DNA of 64,000 bases from Rhodothermales bacterium (lineage in GTDB: Bacteria; Bacteroidota; Rhodothermia; Rhodothermales; BA12). Position numbers and translations under genes: made by a program. Location of the stretch: NCBI GenBank assembly GCA_963841855.1, contig CAWJEJ010000004.1, forward strand, positions 588,455-652,454, read 5' to 3'. This document shows positions 9,470 through 19,761 of this stretch, in pieces. Numbering within the stretch: position 1 is the first letter of the stretch; each line of letters begins with the position of its first letter. Below the pieces are notes generated by a model. The model was not told the origin of the DNA and did not search any database. It worked only from the letters and a program-made list of their open reading frames with translations.

Positions 9470-10519
9470 GTGTCCCTCGTTTCCCACCTCCGCGCGATCC
9501 CGTCCGCTGCCGGCTACTATGGCAAAGGGATTCTCAAGGAGATCGAGACCAAAGACATCTTCGTCTTCAGCCAGGCGATCGCGTTCAAGGTGCTCGTCAC
9601 CATCGTGCCGCTGCTCGTGCTCGCGACGGGTATCATCGGCCGCTTCCTCAAGCAAGACGAGCCGTTCGAGGTCGTCGAGGGGGTCGTGCGCGACTTGCTG
9701 CCGGGCGGGCAGAGCGAGCAGATCCTGTCGTTTCTGCGCGATTTGCAGAGCGCCTCGGGCACGATCACCATCGTCGGCATCTTGGGCACGCTCGTCGCCG
9801 TGATCACGCTGATGACGACGCTGAGAGCCGTCGTGCGGGGCATCTTCGCCGAAGCCTACCGCGACGCGCGCAGCCTTCTGGGCGGCTACGCCTTCGACGC
9901 GCGGATGGTGGTGCAGGTCGGCGCGCTGTTTCTGCTCTCGATCTCGATCACAGTCGCCTCGCAGTGGCTGAGCGGAACGGGTGAGGACGTGATCCGCTGG
10001 TACGCGCTCGACTGGGAGTGGCTGTTTCAAGGGTGGAGCGTGCTCTTCACCGTCGTCGGGCTGGTCCTGCCGCTATTCGTGACGACGGCCATGTTCGGCC
10101 AGTTGTACTACTTCGTGCCGCGCCCGCGCCCGCCCAAACGCAGCGTCGTGCGGGGCGCGCTGGTGGCCGCCACGCTATGGGAAGCCGCCAAATACGCATT
10201 CGCTCTCTACGCGACGCACGTCGCCGGCTTCGACCTGGGCAGCACGTTCGGACTGATCCTGGCCTTCGGATTCTGGATCTACTACTCCGGCCTAGTGCTG
10301 TGCATCGGCGCGCTGATCGCCCTGATCGACGAGAAGCGGCTCCGCGCCGAGCAGAGCGACCGAGCGCAGGCCGAAGAGCAAGGCGCCGACTCGCTCACGC
10401 CGGACGGTAAAAAACTCGCGCATACGCCGATGCCCGTCCTTCCCGGCGACGACTCGGACGTTGCTCCTGCCACGCCGGACGATCCGTCTACCGGTCAGCC
10501 CTCTCGCACCAACGTTTAG
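9470..10519 (+). CDS. YihY/BrkB (virulence factor BrkB) family inner-membrane protein
   Basis: GTG start. FSQAIAFKVLVTIVPLLVL plus multiple TM helices is characteristic of the YihY family. Acidic and Pro-rich C-terminal tail. Confidence 0.85.
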   Translation: MSLVSHLRAIPSAAGYYGKGILKEIETKDIFVFSQAIAFKVLVTIVPLLVLATGIIGRFLKQDEPFEVVEGVVRDLLPGGQSEQILSFLRDLQSASGTITIVGILGTLVAVITLMTTLRAVVRGIFAEAYRDARSLLGGYAFDARMVVQVGALFLLSISITVASQWLSGTGEDVIRWYALDWEWLFQGWSVLFTVVGLVLPLFVTTAMFGQLYYFVPRPRPPKRSVVRGALVAATLWEAAKYAFALYATHVAGFDLGSTFGLILAFGFWIYYSGLVLCIGALIALIDEKRLRAEQSDRAQAEEQGADSLTPDGKKLAHTPMPVLPGDDSDVAPATPDDPSTGQPSRTNV

Positions 10520-12665
10520 CGCTCTCTTGTCCGCTCCCCGCGCGCTCGCCTGCTGCCTGCTCCTCTTCCTCGCGCCTCGCGTGTGGGCGCAAAACCCTGC
10601 GCCCGAGCGCGAAGGGCCGCCGCTGTTCCTGATCGACAAGAAGACAGAGATCGACCGGCTTTCGTTCACTTTCGAGGGGAGTGAGACGTTCAGCGAGAGC
10701 GAACTGGTCGAAGGCGCGCTGCTCGCCACGACCGAACCCACGTTTTTGGATCGCCTGACGAGCACGCTGCTCTTTTGGAAGTCGCTCGACCGGGCGCTGC
10801 TCGTCCCCATCGAAGTGCAGAAAGACGTGGCTCGCCTGCGCGAATTCTACAAGCAGCGCGGATTTCCCCAGGCGCGCATCGACTATGGCGGCAGCACGCT
10901 GGACACGGCGTCCAACCGCATCCACATCGTCTTCGACATCGCCGAAGGGCCGCCGACGAACGTGCGCAGCCTGCGCTACCAGAACAAGGACGGCGTCACG
11001 CTGGACAGCCTGTTCAACAGAGCCATCGTCGGCGCCCAGTCGGCGGATCGGTGGCGCCGGTTTCGAAACGAACTGCCGACGCGCCCCGGCGAGCGCTTCA
11101 GCACGTTCGACTTCTCGGTCACCAAGGGGCAGGTGCTCGACTTCACGCGCGACCGAGGTTTCGCTTTCGCCTCCATCCAAGCCGACTCGACGATTTCGTC
11201 CGACCAGCGGCTGATCGACCTCACGGTGACCGTCAACTTGGGGCCGCGCGCGACCGTCGACTCGGTCTTGATCAGAGGGAACGAGTCGGTCGCCGACCGG
11301 GTGGCGCGGCGCGAGGTGCCGTTGCAAGTCGGAGACCGCTTCAGCCAGAGCCGCCTGATCAACGGGCAGCGCAACCTGTTCGCCCTGCCGATCTTCCGCA
11401 TCGCCGTGGGCCTGGTACCCGACCAGCCAGCCGACTCGACCGTCACGATCCTCTACGAAGTGCGCGAGGCCGACCTGCGCCTGTTTCGCGCCCAGACGGG
11501 CTACTCGCGCGAGGAGGGCATCGTGCTCCAACCCTCGATCGAGCACCGCAACTTCATGGGCAGCGCGCGCTCGCTGGCCCTGGCCGCCGAGTGGCGCACG
11601 ACGATCCTCGCCACGACGGCCGGAGATTTCAAGCCGGTCCGCCGGCTCGATGTGCAGGCGACGCTGACGCAGCCGTTCGTCTACCGCCGCGACCTCTCGG
11701 CCATCGTGGCGCCGTTCTACCGCTTCGAGGACAACGACAACCTGGGCATCGGCTACCGCGAGGTGGGGCTGAACACGACGCTGATCTACGAGATCATGCC
11801 GTTTCGCACAGCCAACCTGCGCTATACGTTTGCCAAGACCTTTCCGCTGAGCGTGCGCGACGCCGTCTCTCGGAGCGCCTTCAACCGAAGCATCTTTGGA
11901 GGCAGCGCCACGCTCGGCAAGGTCGACGACTTCTTCCAGCCCACCGACGGCACGCTCTACCGCCCCGGCTTCGAGTTGGCGGCGGGCCTGCTGGGATCGG
12001 GCGTCGAGTACGCCAAGGCCGAGTTGAACGTCGCCCACTATAGGCCCCTGAGCAGGCGCGTGCAGGGCGGCGTTCGGCTCTATGGCGGCTACATCAAGCC
12101 GTTCGGAGCGAGCGCCGATCAGTTCGACCCGGTCGTCGAGTACCGCTTCGACCTGATACGCTTCTATGCTGGCGGCTCGTCGGACGTGCGCGGGTGGGGA
12201 CTACAACAGCTGGGCCCCAAACTCATCATCGCCGACACCGTCGCGCTGGCCGCTGGGCCGACAGGCACCGATCCGGCTCAGCCCACGCAGGTTCAGAACT
12301 TTCTCTACGAGGCCGTCGGCGGCACGTCCAAGGTGGCGACCAACGTCGAGATACGCACGCCCTTTCCCGGACTGAGCGACAACTGGCGCGCCGCGTTCTT
12401 CCTGGATGGCGCCTACCTCAACGCCGCCGAGGGCGGCAGAGGCTTGTACGATGCCAGCCAGTTGCGCGTCGGCACGGGCGCAGGCATCCGCTACCTGACG
12501 CCGATCGGCTTTCTGCGGCTCGACGTGGGCTTCAAAGTCAACCCCGCCGAGTCGGACGTGCACTCGGCCGAGGATCTCTACCGCAAACGCTTTCTGGGCG
12601 AGGATGTCAAAGCCAGCACGTGGCGCCGGTTCGCGCTCCACCTGAGCATCGGGCAGGCGTTCTGA
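10461..12665 (+). CDS. Omp85-family outer-membrane protein (BamA/TamA-like, POTRA domains plus beta-barrel)
   Basis: POTRA-like N-terminal modules (IHIVFDIAEGPPTNVRSLRYQ, LTVTVNLGPRATVDSVLIRGNE) and a surface-antigen barrel ending GFLRLDVGFKVNP...ALHLSIGQAF. The true start may be the TTG at 10527, just after the yihY stop, giving signal peptide SAPRALACCLLLFLAPRVWAQ. Confidence 0.85.
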   Translation: MLLPRRTIRLPVSPLAPTFSALLSAPRALACCLLLFLAPRVWAQNPAPEREGPPLFLIDKKTEIDRLSFTFEGSETFSESELVEGALLATTEPTFLDRLTSTLLFWKSLDRALLVPIEVQKDVARLREFYKQRGFPQARIDYGGSTLDTASNRIHIVFDIAEGPPTNVRSLRYQNKDGVTLDSLFNRAIVGAQSADRWRRFRNELPTRPGERFSTFDFSVTKGQVLDFTRDRGFAFASIQADSTISSDQRLIDLTVTVNLGPRATVDSVLIRGNESVADRVARREVPLQVGDRFSQSRLINGQRNLFALPIFRIAVGLVPDQPADSTVTILYEVREADLRLFRAQTGYSREEGIVLQPSIEHRNFMGSARSLALAAEWRTTILATTAGDFKPVRRLDVQATLTQPFVYRRDLSAIVAPFYRFEDNDNLGIGYREVGLNTTLIYEIMPFRTANLRYTFAKTFPLSVRDAVSRSAFNRSIFGGSATLGKVDDFFQPTDGTLYRPGFELAAGLLGSGVEYAKAELNVAHYRPLSRRVQGGVRLYGGYIKPFGASADQFDPVVEYRFDLIRFYAGGSSDVRGWGLQQLGPKLIIADTVALAAGPTGTDPAQPTQVQNFLYEAVGGTSKVATNVEIRTPFPGLSDNWRAAFFLDGAYLNAAEGGRGLYDASQLRVGTGAGIRYLTPIGFLRLDVGFKVNPAESDVHSAEDLYRKRFLGEDVKASTWRRFALHLSIGQAF

Positions 12666-12799
12666 GCCGCACTTCGCCGGCGCGCGGGCTTCGCTCGATC
12701 TGCGCGTAACCATCTGTCTCTTAACGTCTACGGCACAACGCGGCATACCGGGCCAACCGATCTTGCCGTTCTCACCTGCCCCACCGCTTCCCACTCCCA

Positions 12800-15700
12800 A
12801 TGGAGCCTGACCGCCCCATCCTGCCTCCCGACGCCGACGCTCTCTCGGCGGACGCGCCGCACACCAGATCCAGGCGCTCGGTCTTGGGATGGATCGGACG
12901 CATCGTGGGCGGGCTGCTGCTACTGATTCTGCTCGTCGTGGGCGGCCTGCTGCTGTGGTTGCAGACGCCGACCGGAGCCGAGAAGACGCTCAACTACCTC
13001 GCCGACCAGTTCAACCCGTACGAAGACGCGACGCTGAACGTCGAGAGCGTGAGCGGCAACTGGCTCTCCAACCTGTCGCTCTACGGACTGAGCCTGACGC
13101 GCGCCGATGGATCGTCGATGGCGCAGATCGACTCGCTCGAACTGGCCTACAACCTGCTGGCTGTTCCTGGAGGCCGGCTGCACCTGCGCGACGTAGTCTT
13201 GAGCGGCGCCCTGCTCGATATCCGCGAGGGCGCCGAAGGCGTTCGACATCGCTCTGCCGTTTCTGCCCGATACGCTCGCCGCCGACACGACCCAGGGCGG
13301 CCTGATCATCCAGGTCGACCACGCCGAACGTGCGCCGCACACGCGCCGACATCAGGTTCTACACGCCGCCGCCATCGGCCGACTCGACGCTGACGATCTC
13401 GGACGTGACCTTATCGGCTCACGACTTCTTTCTGGGCGAAGAACTGGCGTTCGAGGTCGACACGCTGGCCCTGGCCTATGCCCTTCCGCGCGGCCAGGGC
13501 GCCGGTCAGATCGACGCCGGAGCGAGCCTGGACGACAACCTGCTCGCGCTGCGCAGTTTCCGCCTGGCTTCGGACGATTCGGACCTGTTCGCCGAAGGCA
13601 CCGTCCGCCTCCCCGACCCGGCGGCGCCGACGCGGGCGACGGCGACGAGGACGCCGACATCCTGCGCGACCTCGACTTCACCGTCCGCGCCCAGCCGCTG
13701 GCGTTCAGCGACCTGTCGCTCTTCCTGCCCGACCTGGATCCGTCGCGCTCGGTCTCGGTCGTTGCCGACGTGCAGGGCAACCTCAACGAGTTGATCGTCG
13801 ACGTGGACGGCGAGTTGTCGGACGGCGCGACGTTCGATGGAGGGCACGGTCGCTCCGCCCAATCAGGGCACGCCGGTGGCGTTCGATTTGGACGGACGCG
13901 TGCGCCGGTTGGATCTGGGCTTCTTCGGCAAGGCGGGCGAGCCGTCGCCGGGCGTTCTGAGCGGAACGTTCTCGACCGACTTGCAGGGCGCCGACCTCGA
14001 GACGATCGGCGGTACGGCTCAGGTGCGGTTCGTCGACACGCGCGTTGCCGATTTCGATCTGGACCGCACGCGTTTGGACGTGAGGGCCAGCCAGGGCACG
14101 TTCCGGCTCGACCTGCAGTCCGGCACGCGCGGCGCGACGCTCGCCACCACGGGTACCATCCGCCCCTTCGCCGACACGCCGAGCTATGACCTCACGGGGT
14201 CGTTTTCGGACCTCGACTTGGCCGCATTCACCGACGGCGAGCAGTCGAGCGATCTCAACGGCACGTTCCGGCTCGACGGCAGCGGCTTCGATCCAGAGAC
14301 GATCCGGGCCGATGTGGGTCTGACACTGGCCGACGCGCGCGTCAACGCCTACACCATCCGCAGCGCCGACCTGGACCTGAACGTGCGGGGCCAGCAGATC
14401 AGCGGACTGGTCGCCGCCAGCCTTCCCGAAGGCAGCCTGCGCGCCGATCTCTCGGCCGACCTGAGAGGCGACGTACCGTCGTACCGCGTCACGGATGGCG
14501 TGTTGACCGGCCTCGACGTAGCCGCGCTGATCGGCGACACGACCAACAGTCGCATCAACGCGCGCTTCCGACTGGCTGGCAGAGGAACGGACGTGCAGAC
14601 GATGACGCTCGACGCGACCGCGCGCCTGGACGACACTGTCTGGGGCACCTATGTCGTCCAGTCCGCCGACGTGACCGCCGCGCTGCGCAGAGGCCGTCTG
14701 GACGCCGACGTGGACGCCGACCTGGAAGGCGGCAGCTTCGATCTGGCGCTCTCGGCCCGTCCGTTCGGCGAGCCGCTCACGTATCAGGTCGACAGCGGCT
14801 CGTTCGCCAACGTGAACCTGGCGCGCCTACTCAACAACCCCAGTCTCACGTCCGACCTGACAGGCACGATCTCGGCGAGCGGGACGGGCGTCGACCCCGA
14901 AACGCTGTCGCTCGACGCGCGCGTCACGCTGGCCGACTCGCGCCTGAACGGGCAGCAGATCGACGCGGCCAACGGCGTCATCGCAGCGCGAAGCGGCGAC
15001 TTCGACTACGACTTGGGACTGGAGACGCCCGAAGGCCGGACCCAACTGGCAGGCACACTGAGTCTGAGGGCGACGAGCTGGCCCTCGAACTGCGCCAGGG
15101 CACGTTCGCGGGCCTCAACGTCGGAGCGCTGCTGGGCATCGACTTCCCGACCAACCTCAACGGGACCGGCACGCTGTCGCTCAGAGGCACCGATCCGCAG
15201 ACGATGTCGCTCATCGCCGACCTGCAACTGACGCGCTCGCGCGTCAACACGCTCGACTCATTCCGGTCGGCTCGCTTGATGCCACGCTGCGCGACGGATT
15301 CGCAGACGTGAGCGCTCGGCTCGGATTGGTGCAGGGCGTGATCGCTGTCAACGCCGAGGGACGCTTTTTCGACGCCGTGCCCACGTACCGCGCCGACGGC
15401 ATCGTCTCCAACGTCAACGTGACCCAATTGGCCGGACTGGACTCGGTCGACGCCGCGCTCGATTTGCGCTTCGACGTCGAGGGCCAGGGCATCGACCCCG
15501 AAACGATGACGGCGCGCCTGACGGTCGTCGGCGACACGTCGCGCTACGAAACCATCGACATCTATGGCATCGACGCTCGGGCGCGCATCGCCGGAGGCGT
15601 GGTGACGGTCGACGCGCTCGAATTGCAGTCCAACGCCGCCGATCTGGCGGGCGAGGGCACGATCGCGGCGTTCGACACGATGGGCGCCGTTTCAGACTTC

Positions 15701-18052
15701 GAACTGGCCGCCCAGTTGCGCAGCGTCGACCCGGTCCGCCCGTTCTTGCCCGACGTGCCGCTGAGCGTCGAGAGCGGACAGGTGACGGCCAGCATCACCG
15801 GTCCGCGCGGCGCGCTTCTGGTCGAAGCGCAAGGGTCAGTCGCGAGCGCGGTCTACGACGCCTACCGCGCGGGGGCGTCAGCGGACAGTTCGCGGTCGTG
15901 CTCGACAGCGAGTTCGCCGTCCAGAGCGCCAACGCCGACGCCGACATCGGCTACTTCTCGATGCCCAACGCTCATCCTGCGAAGCACCGACCTCGAGGTC
16001 GACTACGACGGATCAGGAATTGGTCTTCGACGCCCGAGTCGAGGCCGACGATCGCCGCGACGCGCGTCTGGCAGGCGTGTTCGACTTGCGGCCCGAAGCT
16101 CAGGTCGTCCGGTTCGACTCGCTCAACCTGCGGCTCGACGGCGAGCGCTTCCGCCTGCTGCTGCCCGCCACGGTCAGCTACGCCGACGGCTATCGCGTAA
16201 GCAACTTTCTGCTCGTGAGCGACGATCAGCAGATCGCCATCGACGGCGTCGTCGACCCACGCGGCGAGCAGAACTTGGTCGCCACGTTCGACGGGCTGCG
16301 GCTCGACGGCTTCACCGACCTGTTGGGCTACGGTCGGTCGGCGGAACGCTCGACGGCTCGGTCGACCTGACGGGTCCGGCGTTTGCGCCCGTTCTGCAGC
16401 AGCACGCTGAATCTGGACCTGGTGTCGCGCGGCGATGCCGTCGGCACGCTTGACTTCGAGGTGAACTACGACGACCTGCGCCTGGATACGGACGCCACGT
16501 TTACCCACGCCGACGGCTCGACGCTGCTGCTGACCGGTTACGCGCCAATCGACCTGAGCCTCGACACGCCCGAGCGCGACCGAAGCGACGACGGGCGCTC
16601 CCGAAGGCGTGCGCTTGCAGGCAGCCGCCGGGCCCGATGCCGGCGGCGTCGACTTCCAGATCATCGCCGACTCGTTCTCGGTCGGCTGGATCACGCCGTT
16701 TCTGCCGGACCGCGTCGTGACCGACTTCGGCGGCAAACTGACCACACCCGAGGAGATCACGATCACAGGCACGTTCGCCGACCCGATCCTGGGCGGCGGC
16801 GCGACGTTGAGCAACGGACGGCTCGGACTCGTCGCGACCAACCTGACGTACCGCGACATCACCGCCGCGCTGGAACTCGAAGGCAACCGCATCAATGTGC
16901 GCGATCTGTCGCTGCGCTCGGGCAGTGGACGAGCCGATGCCGAGGGAACGCTCCAATTCGAGAAGTTGAGCGTCGGCGATCTCGACTTGCGCGTCAACGG
17001 CCGACGACTTTCTGGCCATCGACAACCAGCAGTTTCGCTTCGTCGCCGACGCGGCGATGAGCGTGAAAGGCACCACCAACGCGCCTACTATCGAGGGCCG
17101 AGCGCGCGTGCTATCGGGTGACGTTTACCTCGACGGTGCCACGCAGTTCGAAGCCATCGCACTGACCGACGAAGACATCCTCAACGTCGAGTCGACGTTC
17201 GGCATTCGGGTCGAGGCCGCCGACACGACGACCAACAAAGTCATCGACCGACTGACGCTCGACATGGACATCACGCTCGAGCGCGACAACTGGATTCGGC
17301 AAGAGTCCAGCCCCCAGATCGACATTCAGTTCAGCGGCGACATTCAGGCCATCAAGAACCCCGGCTCCGAGTTCAACTTGTTCGGCAACATCGGCATCAT
17401 ACCCGAGCGCTCGCGCATCGTCCAGTTCGGGCGCAAGTTTCAGATCACCGACGGCACGCTCGACTTCAACGGGCTGATCCTGGAAACCAGCCTTAACCTG
17501 AACGCCGAGTTCGTCGTCTTCAAACCGAGCACGCGCGAGCAGGTCGCCGTTATCACGCTGGGCGTGCGCGGACGTCTGAACGCGCTCAACGAGCAGAACG
17601 CGATCACGCTCGGCAGCGAGCCGCAGATGGAAACCGCCGACATCGTCAGCTACATCGCTACCGGCCGCCCGGCCAGCCAGAGCCTGGCGCTGGGTAGCGA
17701 CGGCGGCGGCGGAGGCGGGTTAGCCAACCAGGGCCTGGGAATCGCGGCGGGCCAACTCGCGGGCCTGATCCAGGGCGCGGCGGGCAACGGACTGGGACTG
17801 GACGTGATCGAAATCGAGCAGGACGGTACGCGCGGCACGCGACTGACGGCGGGCAAGTATCTTAACCGTCGCTTCTTCGCCAGTTACTCTCAGCCGATTA
17901 CCTACGGCAATACCAACGAAGAGGGCAACTCGGGCGCTTCGCAGCAGCCCACCATCACCATCGAGTACGAACTGGCCGACTGGCTTCTCGCCCGCCTGCT
18001 CTACGACCGCGCCATCTTCCGCCTCAACTTCCAGACGGAAACCTCTTTCTAG
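12800..18052 (+). pseudogene. tamB: TamB-like translocation and assembly module protein (AsmA-like/DUF490), disrupted by about 13 frameshifts
   Basis: N-terminal anchor GGLLLLILLVVGGLLLWLQTP. Long repetitive beta-rich body (GTFRLDGSGFDPETI, RFRLAGRGTDVQTM, ISASGTGVDPETL, LSLRGTDPQTM, FDVEGQGIDPETM). DUF490-type C-terminus (FFASYSQPITYG...IEYELADWLLARLLYD). Continuity requires frame switches near 13240, 13328, 13620, 13840, 15066, 15258, 15872, 15968, 16012, 16335, 16393, 16572 and 17003. The track fragments 12800.., 13330.., 13770.., 13837.., 15308.., 15898.., 16020.., 16383.., 16609.. and 17057.. are its pieces. Confidence 0.8.
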
Positions 18053-18058
18053 ACGCCC

Positions 18059-18862
18059 ATGGGATTCCGCTCGACGCCTGGCGCCACCAACTCGTTCTTC
18101 AACCAGCTGCTCATCCGCACGGGTGATCTGGCGATGTTCGCAGGGCGCTTCTTCAACCGCTTTTGGCGGCGCCGTTTCGAGTGGCGCGAACTGCTCCGGC
18201 AGATGGACGAGGCGGGCACCAAAAGCTTTTTGCTGACAGCCGTTACGGGCTTCGCCATTGGCATCGTGCTGGCGCTTCAGAGTAGGGGCACGCTGGCGCG
18301 TTTCGGCGCTGAGGCCGTTCTGCCCAACATGCTCGTGCTCTCGATCTTCAAGGAGATCGGACCCATCATCACGAGTCTGGTGCTGGCCGGGCGGTTGGGC
18401 GCGGGCTTTGGCGCCGAAGTGGGATCGATGAAGGTCACCGAGCAGATCGAAGCGCTCGAAGTGGCCGCCCTCAAGCCGTTCAACTACTTGGTCGTGACGC
18501 GCGTGCTGGCGTGCGTCATCATGTTTCCGGTGTTGACGATCTGGACTGACTGCATCGCCATCTTCGGCGGCTACCTCGAAAGCGTGCTATCCGTCGACGT
18601 GGACTACCGCGTGTTCCTGTTCACCGCGTTCGAGACCATCCGCCTCACCGACCTGATCGTCGACACGATGAAAACGAGCGTGTTCGGATTCATCGTCGGA
18701 TTGGTGTCGTGCTACCTGGGCTACACGGTCAGAGGCGGCACGCGAGAGGTCGGCCAGGCGGCGATGCAGTCGGTCGTCATCTCGTCGCTGCTCATCCTGA
18801 TCGCCAACGTTCTGATCGTGCAGCTTTCGATCACGCTCTTCGGCGACATCTCCGGTAACTGA
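18059..18862 (+). CDS. mlaE: MlaE-family ABC transporter permease
   Basis: GxxSFLLTAVTGFAIGIVLALQS...KVTEQIEALEVAALKPFNYLVVTRVLA matches the MlaE/Ttg2B family. Confidence 0.9.
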   Translation: MGFRSTPGATNSFFNQLLIRTGDLAMFAGRFFNRFWRRRFEWRELLRQMDEAGTKSFLLTAVTGFAIGIVLALQSRGTLARFGAEAVLPNMLVLSIFKEIGPIITSLVLAGRLGAGFGAEVGSMKVTEQIEALEVAALKPFNYLVVTRVLACVIMFPVLTIWTDCIAIFGGYLESVLSVDVDYRVFLFTAFETIRLTDLIVDTMKTSVFGFIVGLVSCYLGYTVRGGTREVGQAAMQSVVISSLLILIANVLIVQLSITLFGDISGN

Positions 18863-18863
18863 C

Positions 18864-19724
18864 ATGACCGAATCGCTCAACCATACCGCTTACGACGGCT
18901 CTCCTCCGCCCGTCGACACGCCCGACGGACGCCCGCCCGCGTTCGCTCTGGGTAGTGGCCCGCCGCCCGACGACATCGTGGTAGAGCTGCGCGATGTGTA
19001 CAAAGGTTTTGGCGAAAAAGAGATCTTGAAAGGCGTCTCGTTCGACGTGCCGCGCGGCCAGAGCGTGCTCGTGATGGGCGGATCGGGAACGGGAAAGAGC
19101 GTCACGATCAAGCACGTCGTCCAGCTACTCGATCCTGACGCGGGCGAAGTCTGGGTGCTGGGCAAACGAGCCGACCAGCTAGAGCAGGACGCGATGGACG
19201 AGTTGCGCCTCAAAATCGGCTATCTGTTTCAGAGCGGCGCCCTGTTCGATTCGATGACGGTTTACGAGAACCTCGACTTCATTCTAGGGCGCCACACCAA
19301 GCAGCCTGCCGGCGAGCGGCGCGAGCGCATCGAAGAGACGCTGAACTGGGTCAACCTGATCGACTCCGCTGCGCAGTACCCGTCCGAGCTGTCGGGCGGG
19401 CAGCGCAAGCGCATCGGACTGGCCCGCTCGATCATCCTCGAACCCGAGATCATGCTCTACGACGAGCCGACGACCGGGCTGGACCCGATCAGCGTGCGCG
19501 TCGTGAGCGACCTGATCACGCGCCTGCGCGACGAGCGCGGCATCTCGTCCATCGCGATCACGCACGACATGCTCTGCGCCGAACTCATCGCCGACCGCAT
19601 CTACTTTATCCAGGACGGCGTCATCGGCGCCGCCGGAACGCTCGACGAGGTCCGCGAAAGCAGCGTTCCCGACATCCGTACGTTCTTCCAGGCGAACGAT
19701 CCATCCATCGCCGTCTCCTTCTGA
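18864..19724 (+). CDS. mlaF: ABC transporter ATP-binding protein (MlaF-like)
   Basis: Walker A GGSGTGKS, signature LSGGQRKRIGLAR, Walker B MLYDEPTTGLD. Starts 1 nt after mlaE. Confidence 0.9.
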   Translation: MTESLNHTAYDGSPPPVDTPDGRPPAFALGSGPPPDDIVVELRDVYKGFGEKEILKGVSFDVPRGQSVLVMGGSGTGKSVTIKHVVQLLDPDAGEVWVLGKRADQLEQDAMDELRLKIGYLFQSGALFDSMTVYENLDFILGRHTKQPAGERRERIEETLNWVNLIDSAAQYPSELSGGQRKRIGLARSIILEPEIMLYDEPTTGLDPISVRVVSDLITRLRDERGISSIAITHDMLCAELIADRIYFIQDGVIGAAGTLDEVRESSVPDIRTFFQANDPSIAVSF

Positions 19725-19761
19725 CGCCGCGCCCAAGCGCCTCCCACTTCCCCTCTGACCT

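Noticed and set aside
10488-12038. 516-aa minus-strand ORF and 422-aa plus-strand alternative frame (10775..12043) over the Omp85 gene
   Set aside because: Both are Arg/Ala/Gly-rich shadow frames. The 10461..12665 frame carries POTRA and barrel features.
17695-17722. GGC/GGA trinucleotide run (gacggcggcggcggaggcggg)
   Set aside because: It simply encodes a Gly6 linker (SDGGGGGGLANQG) inside the TamB C-terminal region and is not an independent repeat feature.
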